Positions 11,481 to 25,170 of a DNA stretch of 64,000 bases are shown here, piece by piece. The notes beneath the pieces are model-generated. The model saw only the letters and a list, made by a program, of their open reading frames with translations, did not search any database and was not told the DNA's origin. Positions within the stretch are counted from its first letter, which is position 1. Each line of letters starts with the position of its first letter. The DNA lies in NCBI RefSeq assembly GCF_036321535.1, contig NC_087437.1:24616001-24680000 (forward strand). Reading direction: 5' to 3'. The translations under genes and the position numbers were made by a program. Source of the DNA: Camelus dromedarius. Its lineage: Eukaryota.

Positions 11481-13014
11481 CTAAAGCTTTAGACTTTGCC
11501 ATTGGATTTGAGCTTTCCTCTGAGTCCAAGTTTTCTTTTCTTTCTCCTGCTTCTGTTGCTGTGATTTTAAATTTCCTGATTCGTGCACTTCCTAGAGTCT
11601 GGACTTTAGCAGAGATTCAGAAAAACAGCCACACCAACAACCATGGGCTTATTCTTAGACAGCAAGGCTGCTCATCTCAAACATACTTCGTGTGTTTCCA
11701 CCAGTTCCCTTCCTGCAATTCCCCATCTTCTTAACCTAGCATTAGAGTAAGAATAAGTGCAGGATGTTAATAATAACAATGTGCATGAAAGTGCATTTTA
11801 AAAGTTTAAAGGCACCTTATAAGTGCGCTGTATTACTTACCAAACACTCAGTGAATTCATGGTCTACTTGGGGGCACTGTGTACAATTTGCTCCCTGAAC
11901 ATAGGACAAAGGAAATGAATAATGTATTTTCCACTCAAGGGAGGCCCATCCTGAGGATAACACGCACACAGAATGTTACAGGAAAACAGTTGGGAAGCAT
12001 ATCTGATTCCTCTCCCAAATACACTCTTTAGTGATACAAACCTGAGTGCCCTGGGAGAAACTGGAGAACCATGTGTTGAGGTACCAACCATTGTATCTGT
12101 TGCTGTATCCCTGACTTTATGTGTTCATCTCTAGCAAATGCCTCCTATTCATCATATCTATGTTTATCTATTTTTAAAGTGAATGTGAAGTAGTTAGAAT
12201 GTAAGCTTCATGAGGGTGTTTTTATGTCTTATTTACTGATGTGTTTCTACTACACAAACTTTCAGCTATGTAATATGTGTTCAATAAGTAAGTGTTGTCT
12301 ACCTGACTGTCATAATGCGTTGACTCAAAGATTCCTGAAAGGTGACGAGTGTAGAGGAGCTCTCATGGGTGTCCATAGATTGGTTGGCAATGGTTGTAGG
12401 GGGAGGATTGCAGGGCAGTTGGAGTTGTCTTATGTGGCGAATGTTTCCACATTTGACAGTTTTGGTCTGCCTCCTATGGACCAATTCAGTAACTGATGAC
12501 TTGGGGTGGTTGTAATGGAGATTTTCTGGCTCAGAGGAGGACCCGCCACCTTTAGATCAGAAACTGTCATGAAGTGGGACTTAATTCTGTTCGGGGCTGT
12601 AGGCATGGGAAGGTGATTTTTGGAATCGGAAATCTTCCTCCTTTAGGAATTGTGTATTTGGCTATACCTATACATTGGACGGTGGCACACATTTGCAAGT
12701 TTGAATAGTTGTGGTTTCATTGTAGCAAAATTTCCTTTGCAGTTTCAGCTGCCAATCTACATGAGGAAGGATGAAAAGATTTTCTTTTGGAAACTAGTTG
12801 AGAGAGGCTTGTCAGACTTGAACCAGCTACTGATCATATGCTGCTTGTACCCCACCAGGATTCTAAATACATCTGGAAACATACCTTGGCAATCTTTTGA
12901 TCTATATTCTGTGTGAAGTTTTAATTGTTAAAAAATTACTTGTACAGATGGCAATTTAGTTTGAAGAATAGTGATACCATGTGTGGGCATATATTTTAAA
13001 ACTGCAATTTTCAA

Positions 13015-13570
13015 CCTTTCATTCACTCATTTAACAAATGTTTATTGATCGAATGCCTCCAAAGTGCTGAGCCATCTTCTAGGTTCTGGAGACACAGTGA
13101 TAAACAAGTCAAAGTTCCTCGTGGAGATTACATTCCAGTAGAGGGTCAGGTGACAATAATAAACATGGAGAAAACACATATAAAAGGGAACCTCCGCTAG
13201 TCTTAAGTGCTGAGTTAAACCAAACTAGGGGGATGGCTTAGAGAAGGCCTTGCAGGGTGGGGAGGCTTTGCCTAATTAGTGGTCTTTCTGAGGAGTCAGC
13301 ATTTGAGCTGAGACCCAAGTGATATGCAGGAATTAGCCTTGAGAGGAATAGGGGTAAGGGATTCTGGCCGAGGAAAGAAAATGTAGAGACCCTGGGGCAG
13401 GAACTAGACTGGTGTGCTCATTAAACCATCCATTTATCCACTCCATGTGGATTTGCTCAGTGCCTGTTTCGTGCCAGGTGCAAAATACTCGGAAGTACTA
13501 GGGGAGTGATGAGGAGCAGAACAGACATTTTGGGTTCCAGCTCTCACAGACTATGTTCTAGTGGGAAAGA
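13015..13570 (-). mobile_element. L2 fragments (two 3' ends)
   Basis: cattcactcatttaacaaatgtttattga...; second start catccatttatcc...cagtgcctgtttcgtgccagg. Confidence 0.7.
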
Positions 13571-13574
13571 AGGA

Positions 13575-13610
13575 CAAAACAAAAACAAAAACAAAAACAA
13601 AAACAAAACA
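13575..13610. repeat. (AAAAAC)n simple repeat
   Basis: Read directly. Confidence 0.9.
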
Positions 13611-13879
13611 AGAAAAGCATCAGATGATAATAAATGAATTAATACTAGGTGAGAAGGAATAACGGGATAGCAACATTTTTGGTGGGGCCAGAGAATGCCT
13701 TTCTGAGTAAGGGACTTGTGTAATAGGATGGTGGTAATATGAAGTTCACGCTTGTACCACACGCTCCCTTTGGATATTTTAAATGATGGGTTGGTATGGG
13801 CTGGGGATGATGTGTGACTCCTGTGGACTTACCTGTAACCCCAGCACTTTCTATTCCACTGATGGATGCACATCGGCAT

Positions 13880-14350
13880 GCAAGGAATTACAGCTGTTTG
13901 AGTTTATAAAAAAGGAAAATAATTTGTACATTTAGGTACTTTACTAATAGTAGCAAATTATATACAACTCTGCCTACCAAGGGTTTTGGGTATTTAGGCT
14001 GAAAGCAGCCATTTTAATTAATGGGAATGTATGGCAGAATTAAGGAGCTTTTGCTGAATAAATGTTAAAGAGTAGCTTTAATAGTGAAACAAAATTAAAT
14101 AATGAGGGTATGCAAATTAGCATGGATATACACAATGCTGCGAAGTCAACAATCAGCTTTGGTTTTAGCCTTCTTACACTTTTTTTAAACTGAAAGCAGT
14201 GGATTCAGCACTGAGACCATTTTATTGGTAAATTTTTTTTACTGTTGGAATATTGCCTTATAGAACGGGAGAAACATTGGATATTTTAGTTGAGAGTCTA
14301 ACATGGCAGGAAATGCAATTCTACATAAGGCAGTTCATGTTAAAGTGTAT
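13880..14350. promoter_or_regulatory. Candidate enhancer / conserved non-coding element
   Basis: Repeat-free; TTAATTAA, ATGCAAAT (14110), ACAAT x2, CAGCTG. Motif evidence only. Confidence 0.4.
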
Positions 14351-14399
14351 TTTCTGATAGGAAAGAGGATGATGGGAAATAGAGAGTACATCCCACCTG

Positions 14400-14750
14400 T
14401 GGATAACACTGAGCAGTAGGAGGCCACATGCATCTGTCTTTACATCTGCTCCATCTCTTCTCTGGTTCCTCCCCCTCATAAGCTTTCTTTCCTTACTTAT
14501 AGTTGTTGTTTTTTGTCTCTCCAAAAACTCCCTTTACCTATGGTGTTGGTTGATAATGGTCTGAAGTTCTACATGGCTGATAGTTCCAGCCCTCACAGTT
14601 CTCTGACTGACTTAGTCTCACAATGAGCCTATTCCACATTCCTGGAGGAGGTGATCTGATGTCCCCCAGCTTGAATGAGAAACATACTCTGGTCCAACCG
14701 GCTGTGGCTGGAGGAGGAGAACAGCAGAGAGGGGCTACATAGTGAGTACC
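14400..14750. mobile_element. MaLR LTR (MLT1-like) fragment
   Basis: gaggtgatctgatg...cccagcttg...tggtccaaccggctgtggctgg resembles MLT1 LTRs. Confidence 0.5.
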
Positions 14751-15019
14751 TGTGACGAATTAGGCCATTATTGACAAATGATCAATTCCCCTGTACATAA
14801 AACACAATTAGTGACTGTATCACATTTAAAAACTTGAAACAATTCTTATAAGGATAAATACCATATTGATAGACTTTCCACCCACACCAGCCATTCACCA
14901 CCTCCCTACTCGCTGCTCTCCCTAGAGCTAAACTGGGTTTGGAGATACACACACATGTTCTAGAAAACACATAATATTATCTAAATTAATTTCTCTCTTT
15001 AACACCCATTAATCGAATG

Positions 15020-16310
15020 CACTGGGGATTTAGCATCGAGTAAAATGAAAAAAAATCCTTGCCCTCATGGAGCTTACCTTTTAGAGGATGCAGACAGAGA
15101 TAAAGCTAAGTAAGTAAGAGTAATATGTGGTACTTGGAAAGGTAATGCTGAGCAGACAAATAAATCTTGAGTATAAATAGGAAACAAACAGAGTGGTCAG
15201 AGTAGAGCTCTAGTTGAAGGTGACACTTGAGATTTGTAAGAGGTAGTCTAGAGAAAGGGCATTCTAAGCAGAGGGGACAGCAAGGGACCCGCGTGTTCAC
15301 AGGACAAGAAGTTCTGTGAGTCTGGGACAGAATGAACAAGGGGAGGGAGCCGGAGAGCTTGGCTGCTGGGTGGAGGCAGGAGAGGGATGACAGATGGGTC
15401 AGGCTAACAAGTTTGAGGCCTCTGGCTTTTATTCTCTGTGATAGAAGACACTGCAAGTTTTTGAGCAAAGGAACTTGATGTGACATATTTTAAGCGGGTC
15501 ATTGTGGTTTCTGTGTTGAGACTAGACTGAAGGAGGCTTGCAGCAGTGGGACGTCAGGAGGCCGTCGCTATGATTCAGGTGGGAGCTCATACTGACTTCC
15601 ACAAAGAAGTAGCAGAAAACGATTCTGCATTGACTCTGAAGGTAGAGCCAACAGAGGTTTATTCTGGGTTAGATGTCCATGTGAGAAAATGAGAGAAGTC
15701 AGGGTTGACACAAGTTTATGAACTTGAGTAATTGGAATGGCATTTTCATGAGCTGAGATGCCTAAGACTGTGGACAGGGAAGGTTTTCAGTACGTGTGTG
15801 TGTTTGTGGGAAAATCAGGAACTCGGTTTGGGGAACATTAAATTAAAATGCCTTTAGACATTTGTGTGGAGTGGTTGAGCAGGCAGTTGGATTTGAGTCA
15901 CTGGCATAGTGGCAGTATTTAAAGCCTTGAGGCTGAATGAGCCCACCAACAAATGATTTTAAAGATAGAAAAGGAGAGGTTTAAGACCCATCCTGGGCAC
16001 TGCAATGTTTGGGAGACATAGAGATATGCAAGAATTAGCAAAGGAGACTGAGAAGCAGTGATCAAGAAAGGAGGAAATCCAGGGGAGGGTGGTGTTAGGA
16101 AGCCAAGTGAGGGGAGTGTTTAAAGAAGGAAGGAATGATCAACTGTGCCAAATATTGATTATATGCCAAGTCAGATAAGTGAAGTGATCATTCAGTTCAG
16201 TACCATAGAGGCTATTTGACATGAACAATAAGGGGGGTGTGGTGGTAGAGATAAAGATCTCTTTGGAGTGGGTTTGAAGGAGACAATAGGAAGAAAGGAA
16301 TTCCAGACAA
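15020..16310 (-). mobile_element. L2 element, long fragment
   Basis: tccttgccctcatggagcttac, gaaggtgacacttgag, gagcaggcagttggat, ggaagccaagtgagg are L2a-type motifs in the expected order. Confidence 0.8.
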
Positions 16311-17619
16311 TGAATATATAGGATGAATACAGTGGTAACTTTTATATAGTCTGCAATTTTTTCCCAGAGCAACATGTGCTAGGAATTCATACTACTCTTT
16401 ATAGCCCTATCTAATTTCTCTTAATCATTGCATAGTTTTCAGTTATATGAATGACTACAAAATGTTTAAGGTGGTTCTCTAAACAGGCCCCAACTCTCTG
16501 TGTTAGTAGCAAGAATGTCAATCATCCTACCCTAAAACACTAATTTAGATGAAATGTTCTGGAAATCCAGAGACAGTAGGAGAGGTCAAAGTATTTCGAA
16601 TAGTCTATTTGGGGACAAAAGCCTGGCTGTAGTGGGGATTTCATAATGGAAACCTGTAAGAAATAAAGTCCCCTAAACTGGTCTTTGATAACTCTCTTCC
16701 TTGGATTCAGACCAACACTAAACAGGCAAACACAGTTCTCTCTGCCACATAAAAGAGAGCTTTTCAGGCCATAGATACTTTTGCCAGTGTATATTTTTTT
16801 CAAAACATGGAAATTTCCATAATTTGTTTATAAAACCAACTATAGCTTGCTATTTCCTTTGTGCTAAAGAGTGAAATTTCCTTTTCTGGTTGTTGTTTGG
16901 GTACGAACCTCTGGAATGAAGATCCTTGCTTTCTGATGTTATTCTTTCTACTCTCAAAACAGCTCATCCTATTTTGGAATGCTTTCTAGCTAGAAACACA
17001 TTTTAGTTCCAAACTCTCTCTTATGAAGACAAGAGCTGTCTCTGCCCAACCTCCCACATTGCACAGCTGTTTGTGAGGCTTGTAATTAATGAAGATTTGC
17101 TACAATCTCACACCCAATGATGTTCCCGGCTTGTTGAAAGAAGCAGGGTGGGCAGTAGTCACTGGGCTGGGCCTTTCACTGTGCATTTTGCCAGTGGGCT
17201 GTAAGACTGGCTGTTGTATTTTTTAGTAAGAGAATTTCTGGGAACTGTACTCATATACTTCAGGCTATCCTACTTGGGAAATATGAGGTGATCAAATATG
17301 GAAAAATTAAAAAGGATTTTTCTGAATACTATTAGCTTTTTTTTTTTTTTTTTTTTTTTGGCTAAAGAGTAGTCACACTATATTCCCTACAAATCTTCAG
17401 AAATTTCCAGATTTATTGTCTGCAATGGTTGATTTCTGTTGTCAATTGCTTATTAAGTGACAGTGTCTGCAGCCAGCCTTGCTTTCGTTGTTCTGATGTT
17501 GGGAGCGTGATCTAGTGTGAAGGTTGAAAAGTCAAGAATCTGTAGGAGTTAAAGAAGGAACCAAGCAAAACCGCCCAGTATTGGAAATCGCTGAAGAGAG
17601 ATGAGGACTGGGATGGATT

Positions 17620-17870
17620 AGAGAGAATGTTCTGCTCCAGTCAGCTGTTGACACGTGAGAATGTCTGCCTGGTCTGAACACTCCTCAAGTGTTTCAAGAG
17701 CAGCTAGAAATCTGGATTTTAACATGACATCTTTCAGCTTGGAAATGTTGGCAACAAACTCGAAGTTTTAAGAAAAGCACTCTGTAACCCAATACATTGC
17801 AGGCCAAGGCAAACACATCTGCAGGCTGGACCCAGCCCCAGGCCACCAGTTTGTGACTTCTGATCCAGAT
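17620..17870. mobile_element. hAT-Charlie fossil (MER102/Charlie4z-like)
   Basis: gaaatctggatttt...aaatgttggcaac...aaacacatctgcaggc...ggccaccagtttgtgac terminal motif. Confidence 0.6.
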
Positions 17871-17989
17871 GGACCAGTGGTTATGGCCAGGATTTGGGAC
17901 TGGTTCTTTACAGAGACTTAAAAACAACTGGTTGCTAATGATCTAAAAGTTCTCAATTACAAGTTGTTCTCTCTGTTTCCTGTTTTTGT

Positions 17990-18172
17990 AACAAATCTTA
18001 AATCCCATTAGCCTGATATTTGAAACCTGCTGGTTAAAAGAGAGTGACCATATATCCAAGCCAGCCCCTCACAGCACTGGCTCCGGCCTGCAGCAGTTAT
18101 AATTGTTCACACTGCTCCCTTTCATTCCCAACATGTTCCAGTTTGGACAGTAAATTTTAGAGACACCTTAAT
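17990..18172. mobile_element. hAT-Blackjack (MER94-like) fossil
   Basis: Ends tgttccagtttggacagtaaatt...gacacct, resembling the MER94 terminus. Confidence 0.4.
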
Positions 18173-18990
18173 TAAGAGTCTCTTTTATCCCCACTCACCA
18201 TTTTTCACTTATTTTTAAATTTTTTTCCTTTTTATGTATTTTAAAAAAATGAAGAGACATGTATACATGTTTCTTCTATACCCTCGGCCACTCCCCACTC
18301 CTGCATTATTTTGAAGGAAACCTCGATTCCACATTATTTTATCCATAATCTCTTATGCCTTTGAAGCAACATTATTTAAGTACCAACCTTCCACTATTTA
18401 CATTTTAACCCATTATGTTTCCAGTTGTTCTTCTTTTTCCCAATACCTTGACTTTGTAGTCTCTTTCCCCGCTGTCTACCATGAGTCTGTCCTCATGTTC
18501 CTGAGTCCTAGTACTGAGACACTTCGTTAATGTTTCTCAAGAACTTTTCAAGAGTCATTGAATATGTGTTGCTGCTAAGGGAGATATCTAATATTTGTGT
18601 CTAAAAACAAATTAGCATTATATTTATTATTAAAAATAAAAGATAATTTTGAACTTTGTCTTTTCTAGTCCTTCAACTGCATTCGTGTTTTCAAATGTTG
18701 ATTTGCCCATTGGTTTGCCCCTTGAATGATTTTTGGTGAATTTATCTCAGTGCCTTGTTACAAAGTTGGAAGAGTGTTGCCAGATTCCAGTTCTCAGAAG
18801 ATCTCTGTTGTCTACTGTGGACCAATCCTGGGGCCTAATTTCAAGATTCACTTGATATTTTTGATGGGAAATGTGTATTCTGGTTGACTATGTCCTTTGA
18901 AAACCTTCATGAGTTGCAAATGATCAGAGAGAGAGAGAGAAGGCATGACTGTTAAAGTTTGATAAATATATTAAGGATTCAAGATACCTT

Positions 18991-19145
18991 AAAAATATTT
19001 TAAAATTTATTTTTAAAATTTTCTTGGGGGGGAGGTAATTAGATTTTTACTTATTTATTTATTTTTAATGGAGGTACTGGGGATTGAACCCAGGACCTTG
19101 TGCATGCTAGGCATATAGTCTACCACTGAGCTATACCCTCCCCTC
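18991..19145 (-). mobile_element. tRNA-Ala-derived SINE (camelid Vic-1-like)
   Basis: Reverse strand reads GGGGAGGGTATAGCTCAGTGGTAGA...GGTCCTGGGTTCAATCCCCAGTACCTCCA (A and B boxes), then a tail. Imperfect TSD tcaagatacctt/tcaagatgcttt at 18979 and 19146. Confidence 0.9.
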
Positions 19146-20029
19146 TCAAGATGCTTTTTATAATTTTCTTCATAGTTTAGATCTTTCAGATTAATACCTA
19201 TGAATGCACATTATATAACACATGTATATATAATTTGATAACACAAATAATTGATTCCTCAAATAAGCTAGTTTGTTAGTTTGTATTTTATCTATTTGGG
19301 AACCTTGAATAAAAAGTATTACATTTTTACTTCCTTTTGATTTCCTTCTGTCTTGTATTTATATTTTTCTTTTCTATGACTTTTTTCAATAACTTATTAT
19401 TAAGATTTTCTCTTTGAGTAGTACATTGTTTTTTCTTTTCTTTGTATGTTAGTAATCCCCATCTGCATTCTTTCCCATTATTCAGTCTTCACACAGATCC
19501 AACTTCAACATTTTCCATATGCATATACTATGCACAGATTAATAATGAGGACTAGACTTTGCCCATTTCAAACACAACCAAATGATTAAATGTATTCTTT
19601 TATTTTTGATTAAATGTCTTCTTAATGAGTATATATCTTTCATACTAGATTGAAAGTTCTTTGAGACCAGAATTTCAACCTTTTATATATGTATCAGTGT
19701 ATCAACAAAGTTTGAATATGGTAGACTTTCCAAATATTTGTTGACTTAAAATCTTGATAGGAAAAATCATGTTTTATTACATGAAGTTGCTGACCATAAC
19801 ATAAATAAATACATACGTAAGTGCTATGGTCTTATGCATTATAAATATTTAAAGCATCAGCAACATTAAGGGAGTTCTAAACAAAGGATAGAAAAGTTTT
19901 AGCCACAGTTTCACTATTGAATAAATCAAACTTCTTTCATTAACCCAGTTACCTCCTTCCTTATAGCTGTTTAGATATAACAGCAAATAATTTCTACCCA
20001 GCTATAATTATTGGTGTAGATATATTATT

Positions 20030-20660
20030 TTTAAAATTAACTTTACTAAGGTATAGTTCATATGCAATAAAATGTACCCAGTTTTTGGAGTATATTTCAG
20101 AAAAATTTCAAAATTTTTGACAAATTTATGTGCCATGTAAACAACCTCTACAGTCAAGATATGAAAGATATTTCATTAATCCATCCCAATCAATCCCCTA
20201 TAATCCTGGGTCCAGGCGAACCCTAATATACTTTGTGTCCCTGGAAACTAGCTTTGCCTTTTCTGGAGTTTCATATTATTGCAGACATATGGTATGTATT
20301 CTTTTATATACAGCTTCCTTTGCTCAGCATAATATTGCTTTTATCAGTAATTCATTCCTTTTTTATTGCTCTGCAGTATTCAATTGTATGAATATACAAT
20401 AATTTATTTCTACATATATTTGATGGGCATTTGGGATGTTTCCAGTTTGGGGATATTATGAAGAAAGCTGCTATGAATCTTCAGGTACAAGTCTTTATTG
20501 GATATATGCTTTCATTTCCTTTGAGTAAATACTTAAGAGTGGAATTGCTGGTTGATATGATAAATATAGGTTTTATTTTGTATAAATTACAAAATACACC
20601 ATTTTAATTTCCCACCAGAAATGGAAGAGAGTACCAGTTGCTCTATATCCTCATATGGCA
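20030..20660 (-). mobile_element. L1 (L1MB/L1ME-type) 3' fragment
   Basis: gatgggcatttgggatgtttccagtttgggg...aaagctgctatgaat...agagtggaattgctgg...ttcccaccag. Confidence 0.85.
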
Positions 20661-21226
20661 CATAATTTTTTTCTCATTTAATGTAATTTTGCAATGCTTT
20701 TTGGTTTTCATAGTTAATCTTTATATTTTGAATATATATATTTAATTGAAAAAAGGCACTAGAAGGTAAAAACATTATTCTTTCTCTGGTTATTGATACA
20801 AGGATCCGCACTCTTACTGTACCTACAAATTTTATGGCCAGGACTGGCCCTGGGTAAAATTCGGAAACAAGCAAAGATTTTGCTCTAAATCTCCTCTTTC
20901 CTTTCAGATCCCATCTCAACTTCCCGCACCTCATCATTCCAGGGTGACCTGTTGTTACAAATCACACCTCTACTTCAGTGTTTCACCACTTTGGGACAAA
21001 AGGTTTTTACACTTTAGACTCCTGATTTCGTATTTAATGTGCTAATGCTTTTAGTGGTAGAGATCTTCAAATATATACATGTTCCTTAATCATGTGTTGT
21101 TTGAAGACTTATCCCTTCTATTGATAAAGTTAGCTCTGACAGTGCATTTGGTCATTTCTAGAGTTTCTCTGACTTTTGCAGGTATCTAATTCCTATCCTG
21201 AGAAGCGTGCATGAAAGGACAACGTG

Positions 21227-21228
<2 letters not shown>

Positions 21229-21258
<30 letters not shown>
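21229..21258. repeat. (GT)15 microsatellite
   Basis: Read directly. Confidence 0.95.
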
Positions 21259-21261
<3 letters not shown>

Positions 21262-21889
21262 TGTACCAACGTGTGTCTCATTGCCCTGGAAAGAAGAGCT
21301 ATCTCTCTCCATTGCACCATAGTGTGGGATGAGTTGGAGGGAGTTTTCTACTTTTTGAACTTTCCTGAATTTTCTAGTCTTTATATACCTTATTCTTTGC
21401 CTGGCTGGGCAGATAAAGTGTAAGCTTGCAGGGCTTCACTGCCAGAATGACCTTTCATGCTCTCAGGCGGCTTGAATTAGACACTGCAGTCCTCAAACAC
21501 TCAATCACAATTCTGAGTCACAGACTAGGTCACAGCCAAGCAGTCAGCCTCAGGGGATGGTCATGTTCAAGTTCAGCTCATTAGTACTGACCCTGGCCAT
21601 GCCTTTTGTTTCTGTTCTCATAGTTATGTTAGGAAAAAGCAGGATTTAGGCTGCTTTGAAAAATTTAATCCCCCCTTCCGAAGTTTTTGACTGTGGGACA
21701 GCTAGAGAGGGTTGGACTTTGGAATCAAACAGACCCATCTGTGTGTATTTCCTCCCTCCCTTCCTTTCTCCTTCTTCCCTTCCTTCTTTTCTTCCTTTAT
21801 TGTTTATTTTTTTCATTTGTTTGTTTAGTTTTGAAAAAGAGATGATAAAATTTCAAGCAAATATGGAAAATCCTTCTATCTTGTCTCTA

Positions 21890-22440
21890 GACTCCTGTCC
21901 CAAAGGCACACTTAGCGTTTTCTTATGTAGCCCTCCATAAAATATGTCTGTTTATAATCAAACACATATTTGTATTTATACACTTGAATTTGTATCCTGT
22001 AAAATGCTCAGATGTATCTGGCTTATTTCCACTTAAAATATGTCTTGAATATTGTTTCAAAACGGCACCTACAGAGCTACCTCATTCTTTCTGAAGACCA
22101 CGTTTGGCAGCGTAGCGTTCTGTTGTATGGATGTCCATACTTTATTGAACCAATTCCCTATGGAGGGAACTGGAGTTATTTCCAGTTAAAAAATTCTTTT
22201 TTGTTATTAGGGATAACACTAGAGTGAGCATTCATAGAGATACTTGAGGAAATTATTGGAGACAGTCCTAGAGTAGATTGTTATGTCTGACACTCACATT
22301 TTAATAGTTACTGCTAAATCATCCTTCAGTGAAGTTGCATCACAGTGAAGTTGCATCAGCTTACTCTCCCAGTAACAACGTTAGGACGTGCTTGGTTTTT
22401 GACTGTTTACTATCAAACTTTTCAAACTTTGCCTACAAAT
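21890..22440 (-). mobile_element. Old L1ME fragment containing a 16-bp tandem duplication (22327-22358)
   Basis: ctacctcattcttt...gtatggatgtccatac...gttatttccagtt...ctgctaaa...ctcccagtaaca; cagtgaagttgcatca x2. Confidence 0.65.
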
Positions 22441-22779
22441 TCATTGTTCTTCAATAAATAAAAAGCAACCTCACTTTTTTTCTCCAGACTTCTGCCAACT
22501 TTACTTTTCTTATTTTTAATCACAATAGATATTGAAGGTTATAACTTATTAGAGTAAAGCATAAGTTCTAAATGTTGACTATGCACTCATTCCCTATAAG
22601 GAAAAAGAGGTGTTTCTCTAGGCCTACATTCAATTTCCATGCTTCAGTCCTCCTTTGCTTTAACTCTGCCCACATGCTGGTATGTGGCAATGTTAATTGG
22701 ACATTCTGCTTTTTGAATCTCACGTAGAACGTACATCCAACTCATTTACCACAAAATTAAAAAAAAATGAAGAGAGTAA

Positions 22780-23450
22780 ACACAGCCATTAGAGTTGTTG
22801 TGAATAATTTGAGTTAAATGTAAATGCAGAAAGAAAATAGGAAACCTACTATTAGGTACACCTTGCCCTTCTCAGTGGAATACAGTACAGATTTATAGTG
22901 TTAATTACTTCCACCATCTATCTATTTAAAAGCTGTGAGATTGAAATATGAATATGTCAGGTATTTAAATACTAATGTACTTTAAAAAATCTCACTTTAT
23001 TAAAATATCATTATGCATATTTTAAAGTTAAAGCTCTGTGCTACGTAGCTGTAGAGGTAAAATTCCCATTTATTGTCCACTGAATGTGAGGGAAATTGGA
23101 TTTGTCAGGAAGCTGATTGATATCGCGAAGTGTTTTGTTTTCAGTGACTGGCACTGCCGAGTTACAACCATCTATCATCTAACAGGTAATTAGTCAGATT
23201 TCTCATCATGAGCCTTCAATCCTGCTGTTTTATTATTGAAATACCACAAACCAGTAGGCAATTTGAATGCAGATAAAGTTCTCTGTCATGGTCTTAAGGA
23301 CAAAGACAACATTTTGCAATTCAGCAGTAGTGAGTGTGAATAAAAGTCACCGAAATGTAAGTTTGGGTCTTAAAAGAAAATAAACCTAAAAAGTTGAATT
23401 GGATACCCTATTTGTCCTCTAAAGTGACAATTGAGCAACTGGCTGCTGGC
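22780..23450. promoter_or_regulatory. Candidate enhancer / conserved non-coding element
   Basis: Inside a ~2.5-kb transposon-free block; TAATTA, TGTCA and TGATTGAT motifs. Confidence 0.4.
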
Positions 23451-23455
23451 AAAGC

Positions 23456-23539
23456 AACCCAACGTTCTAATATGAACCTACTGTATTATAACATTTTAAC
23501 CCAACGTTCTAATATGAACCTACTGTATTATAACATTTT
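23456..23539. repeat. Perfect 42-bp tandem duplication
   Basis: aacccaacgttctaatatgaacctactgtattataacatttt x2. Confidence 0.97.
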
Positions 23540-24984
23540 ATAAGTAGACATTTAAGTGGAAGGACACTGATGGCATGAAAAATAAAGTTAGATAAAATAA
23601 ATGAACTAGATCTTGAATAGCTTACATCCATTTTCTGAAGTATTTTGAGATGGATAAAAATAATCTGTAATTAACAGTAGCTAATAACATAAAAAGTTTA
23701 CTCTTTTTCAAGTACTTTTCATAAGAAACTTAAGAAATTAAACTAACTGGAAACTCTAAAGGTGGGTTATTTGATCACTCTTACATGTGCTTTATACTAA
23801 ACAAGCTTACTTCTGGAGTTGACGCTCAGGCACTTTTGGGGTGAGCTTCTGTGGTGTATAGGCCTCAGACAATTGATTCACATTATTGATATCCCAACAA
23901 GATTGGTAACTTCATATCATGGAATATTATTTTCTTGACTTAATTAAAAATCGTTTATTATCTTTCAGAAAAATGGATCTCATAACACTTCAGCCTTCCA
24001 AAAGGTCACAGACGCCATAGTCATTACTTCTTAATGAGGTGTAAATATAATGTCTCTTCTTTCAAACCTTTTGTGTGGAAATAAATATATTTACATACTT
24101 TCTCAAACCTTGGTTAAATAATAACTTACTCCACAAAGTAATGTAGGTAGCAATATACATTAAAATTAACCAGATCAGTAATGTTTTAATTCAATTACAC
24201 AGTCATGTTTTCTGGTTAATAATAGATTTTGCCAGAAAGAGAAGTATTACATAATTGAATTTGATTTTAAAATATAAAGTAGATTTTAGTTTTGTATGCA
24301 GATTAAACACATACTTTACATAGTATGTAATATGGGCATTCAACAATTCCTATGCAATATGCAGAATATAATGTCACATATCAAGTTGCTTAGACATGTT
24401 TAAAATATGGCACCGTGATTCTTCTTGTCATATTTTTATTAAAAATACATCAGTGTGCACATGTATCTTTGTGTTTCATGGTAGAAAACATTTCGTAAAG
24501 CATTTTTGTATGAAAATAAATATCAATTTATTGTACGCCATGATTTCTTTTAGTATCCTAATGCATTGATGTAAAAAATACTCTTAGAGCTATTATCACA
24601 TGGAGAAAAAAAGTTAAGAGCATAATTATATTATTAAATAAGTGATCCTGCTAAATAGATAAATAGAATATTACATACACTATTGCTCACTGTAGCTGGA
24701 ACAGGTGATAAAGTTTTCAGATCTGGATAAGAAGATCACAAATCTTTATTATCACACAAAATACAAAGTTACTAGTTCCTGGAGAATTTTATTTAGATAA
24801 TATTTATGCAAATATCAAATAAACACAACTGAAACCTTAAGTCAGACTTCTAGGCTCTTCTAGTCGTCAAGATGGAACATACGTACTCCGGTGGCTTGAA
24901 TGGTTTATGTTTCTGATTCCAGGGAAATGGAAATTTTAGATGTCTATATCAACTACTTGATTACACTGTGGTATAATGAAAGCA

Positions 24985-25170
24985 GTTAATAGTAACCTAG
25001 ATTTGTTGAGTGGCAGGTGATATACTACACACTTTAGATTCATTTGCTCATTAATCCCCCCACAAGGGAGCCACTATTATCATCCTGTTTTGTGAATGAG
25101 CTACTGAGGCTGAGAGAGGTTAAATAGTTTGTTAGATTTCAAATAGCTAGTAAGGTGGTGGGACAAGGCA
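24985..25170 (-). mobile_element. MIR SINE
   Basis: ctattatcatcctgttttgtgaatgagctactgaggctgagagaggttaaat core. Confidence 0.75.

Noticed and set aside
23456..23539. CRISPR-like interpretation of direct repeats
   Set aside because: Only two adjacent copies with no spacers, no cas genes, and a mammalian context.
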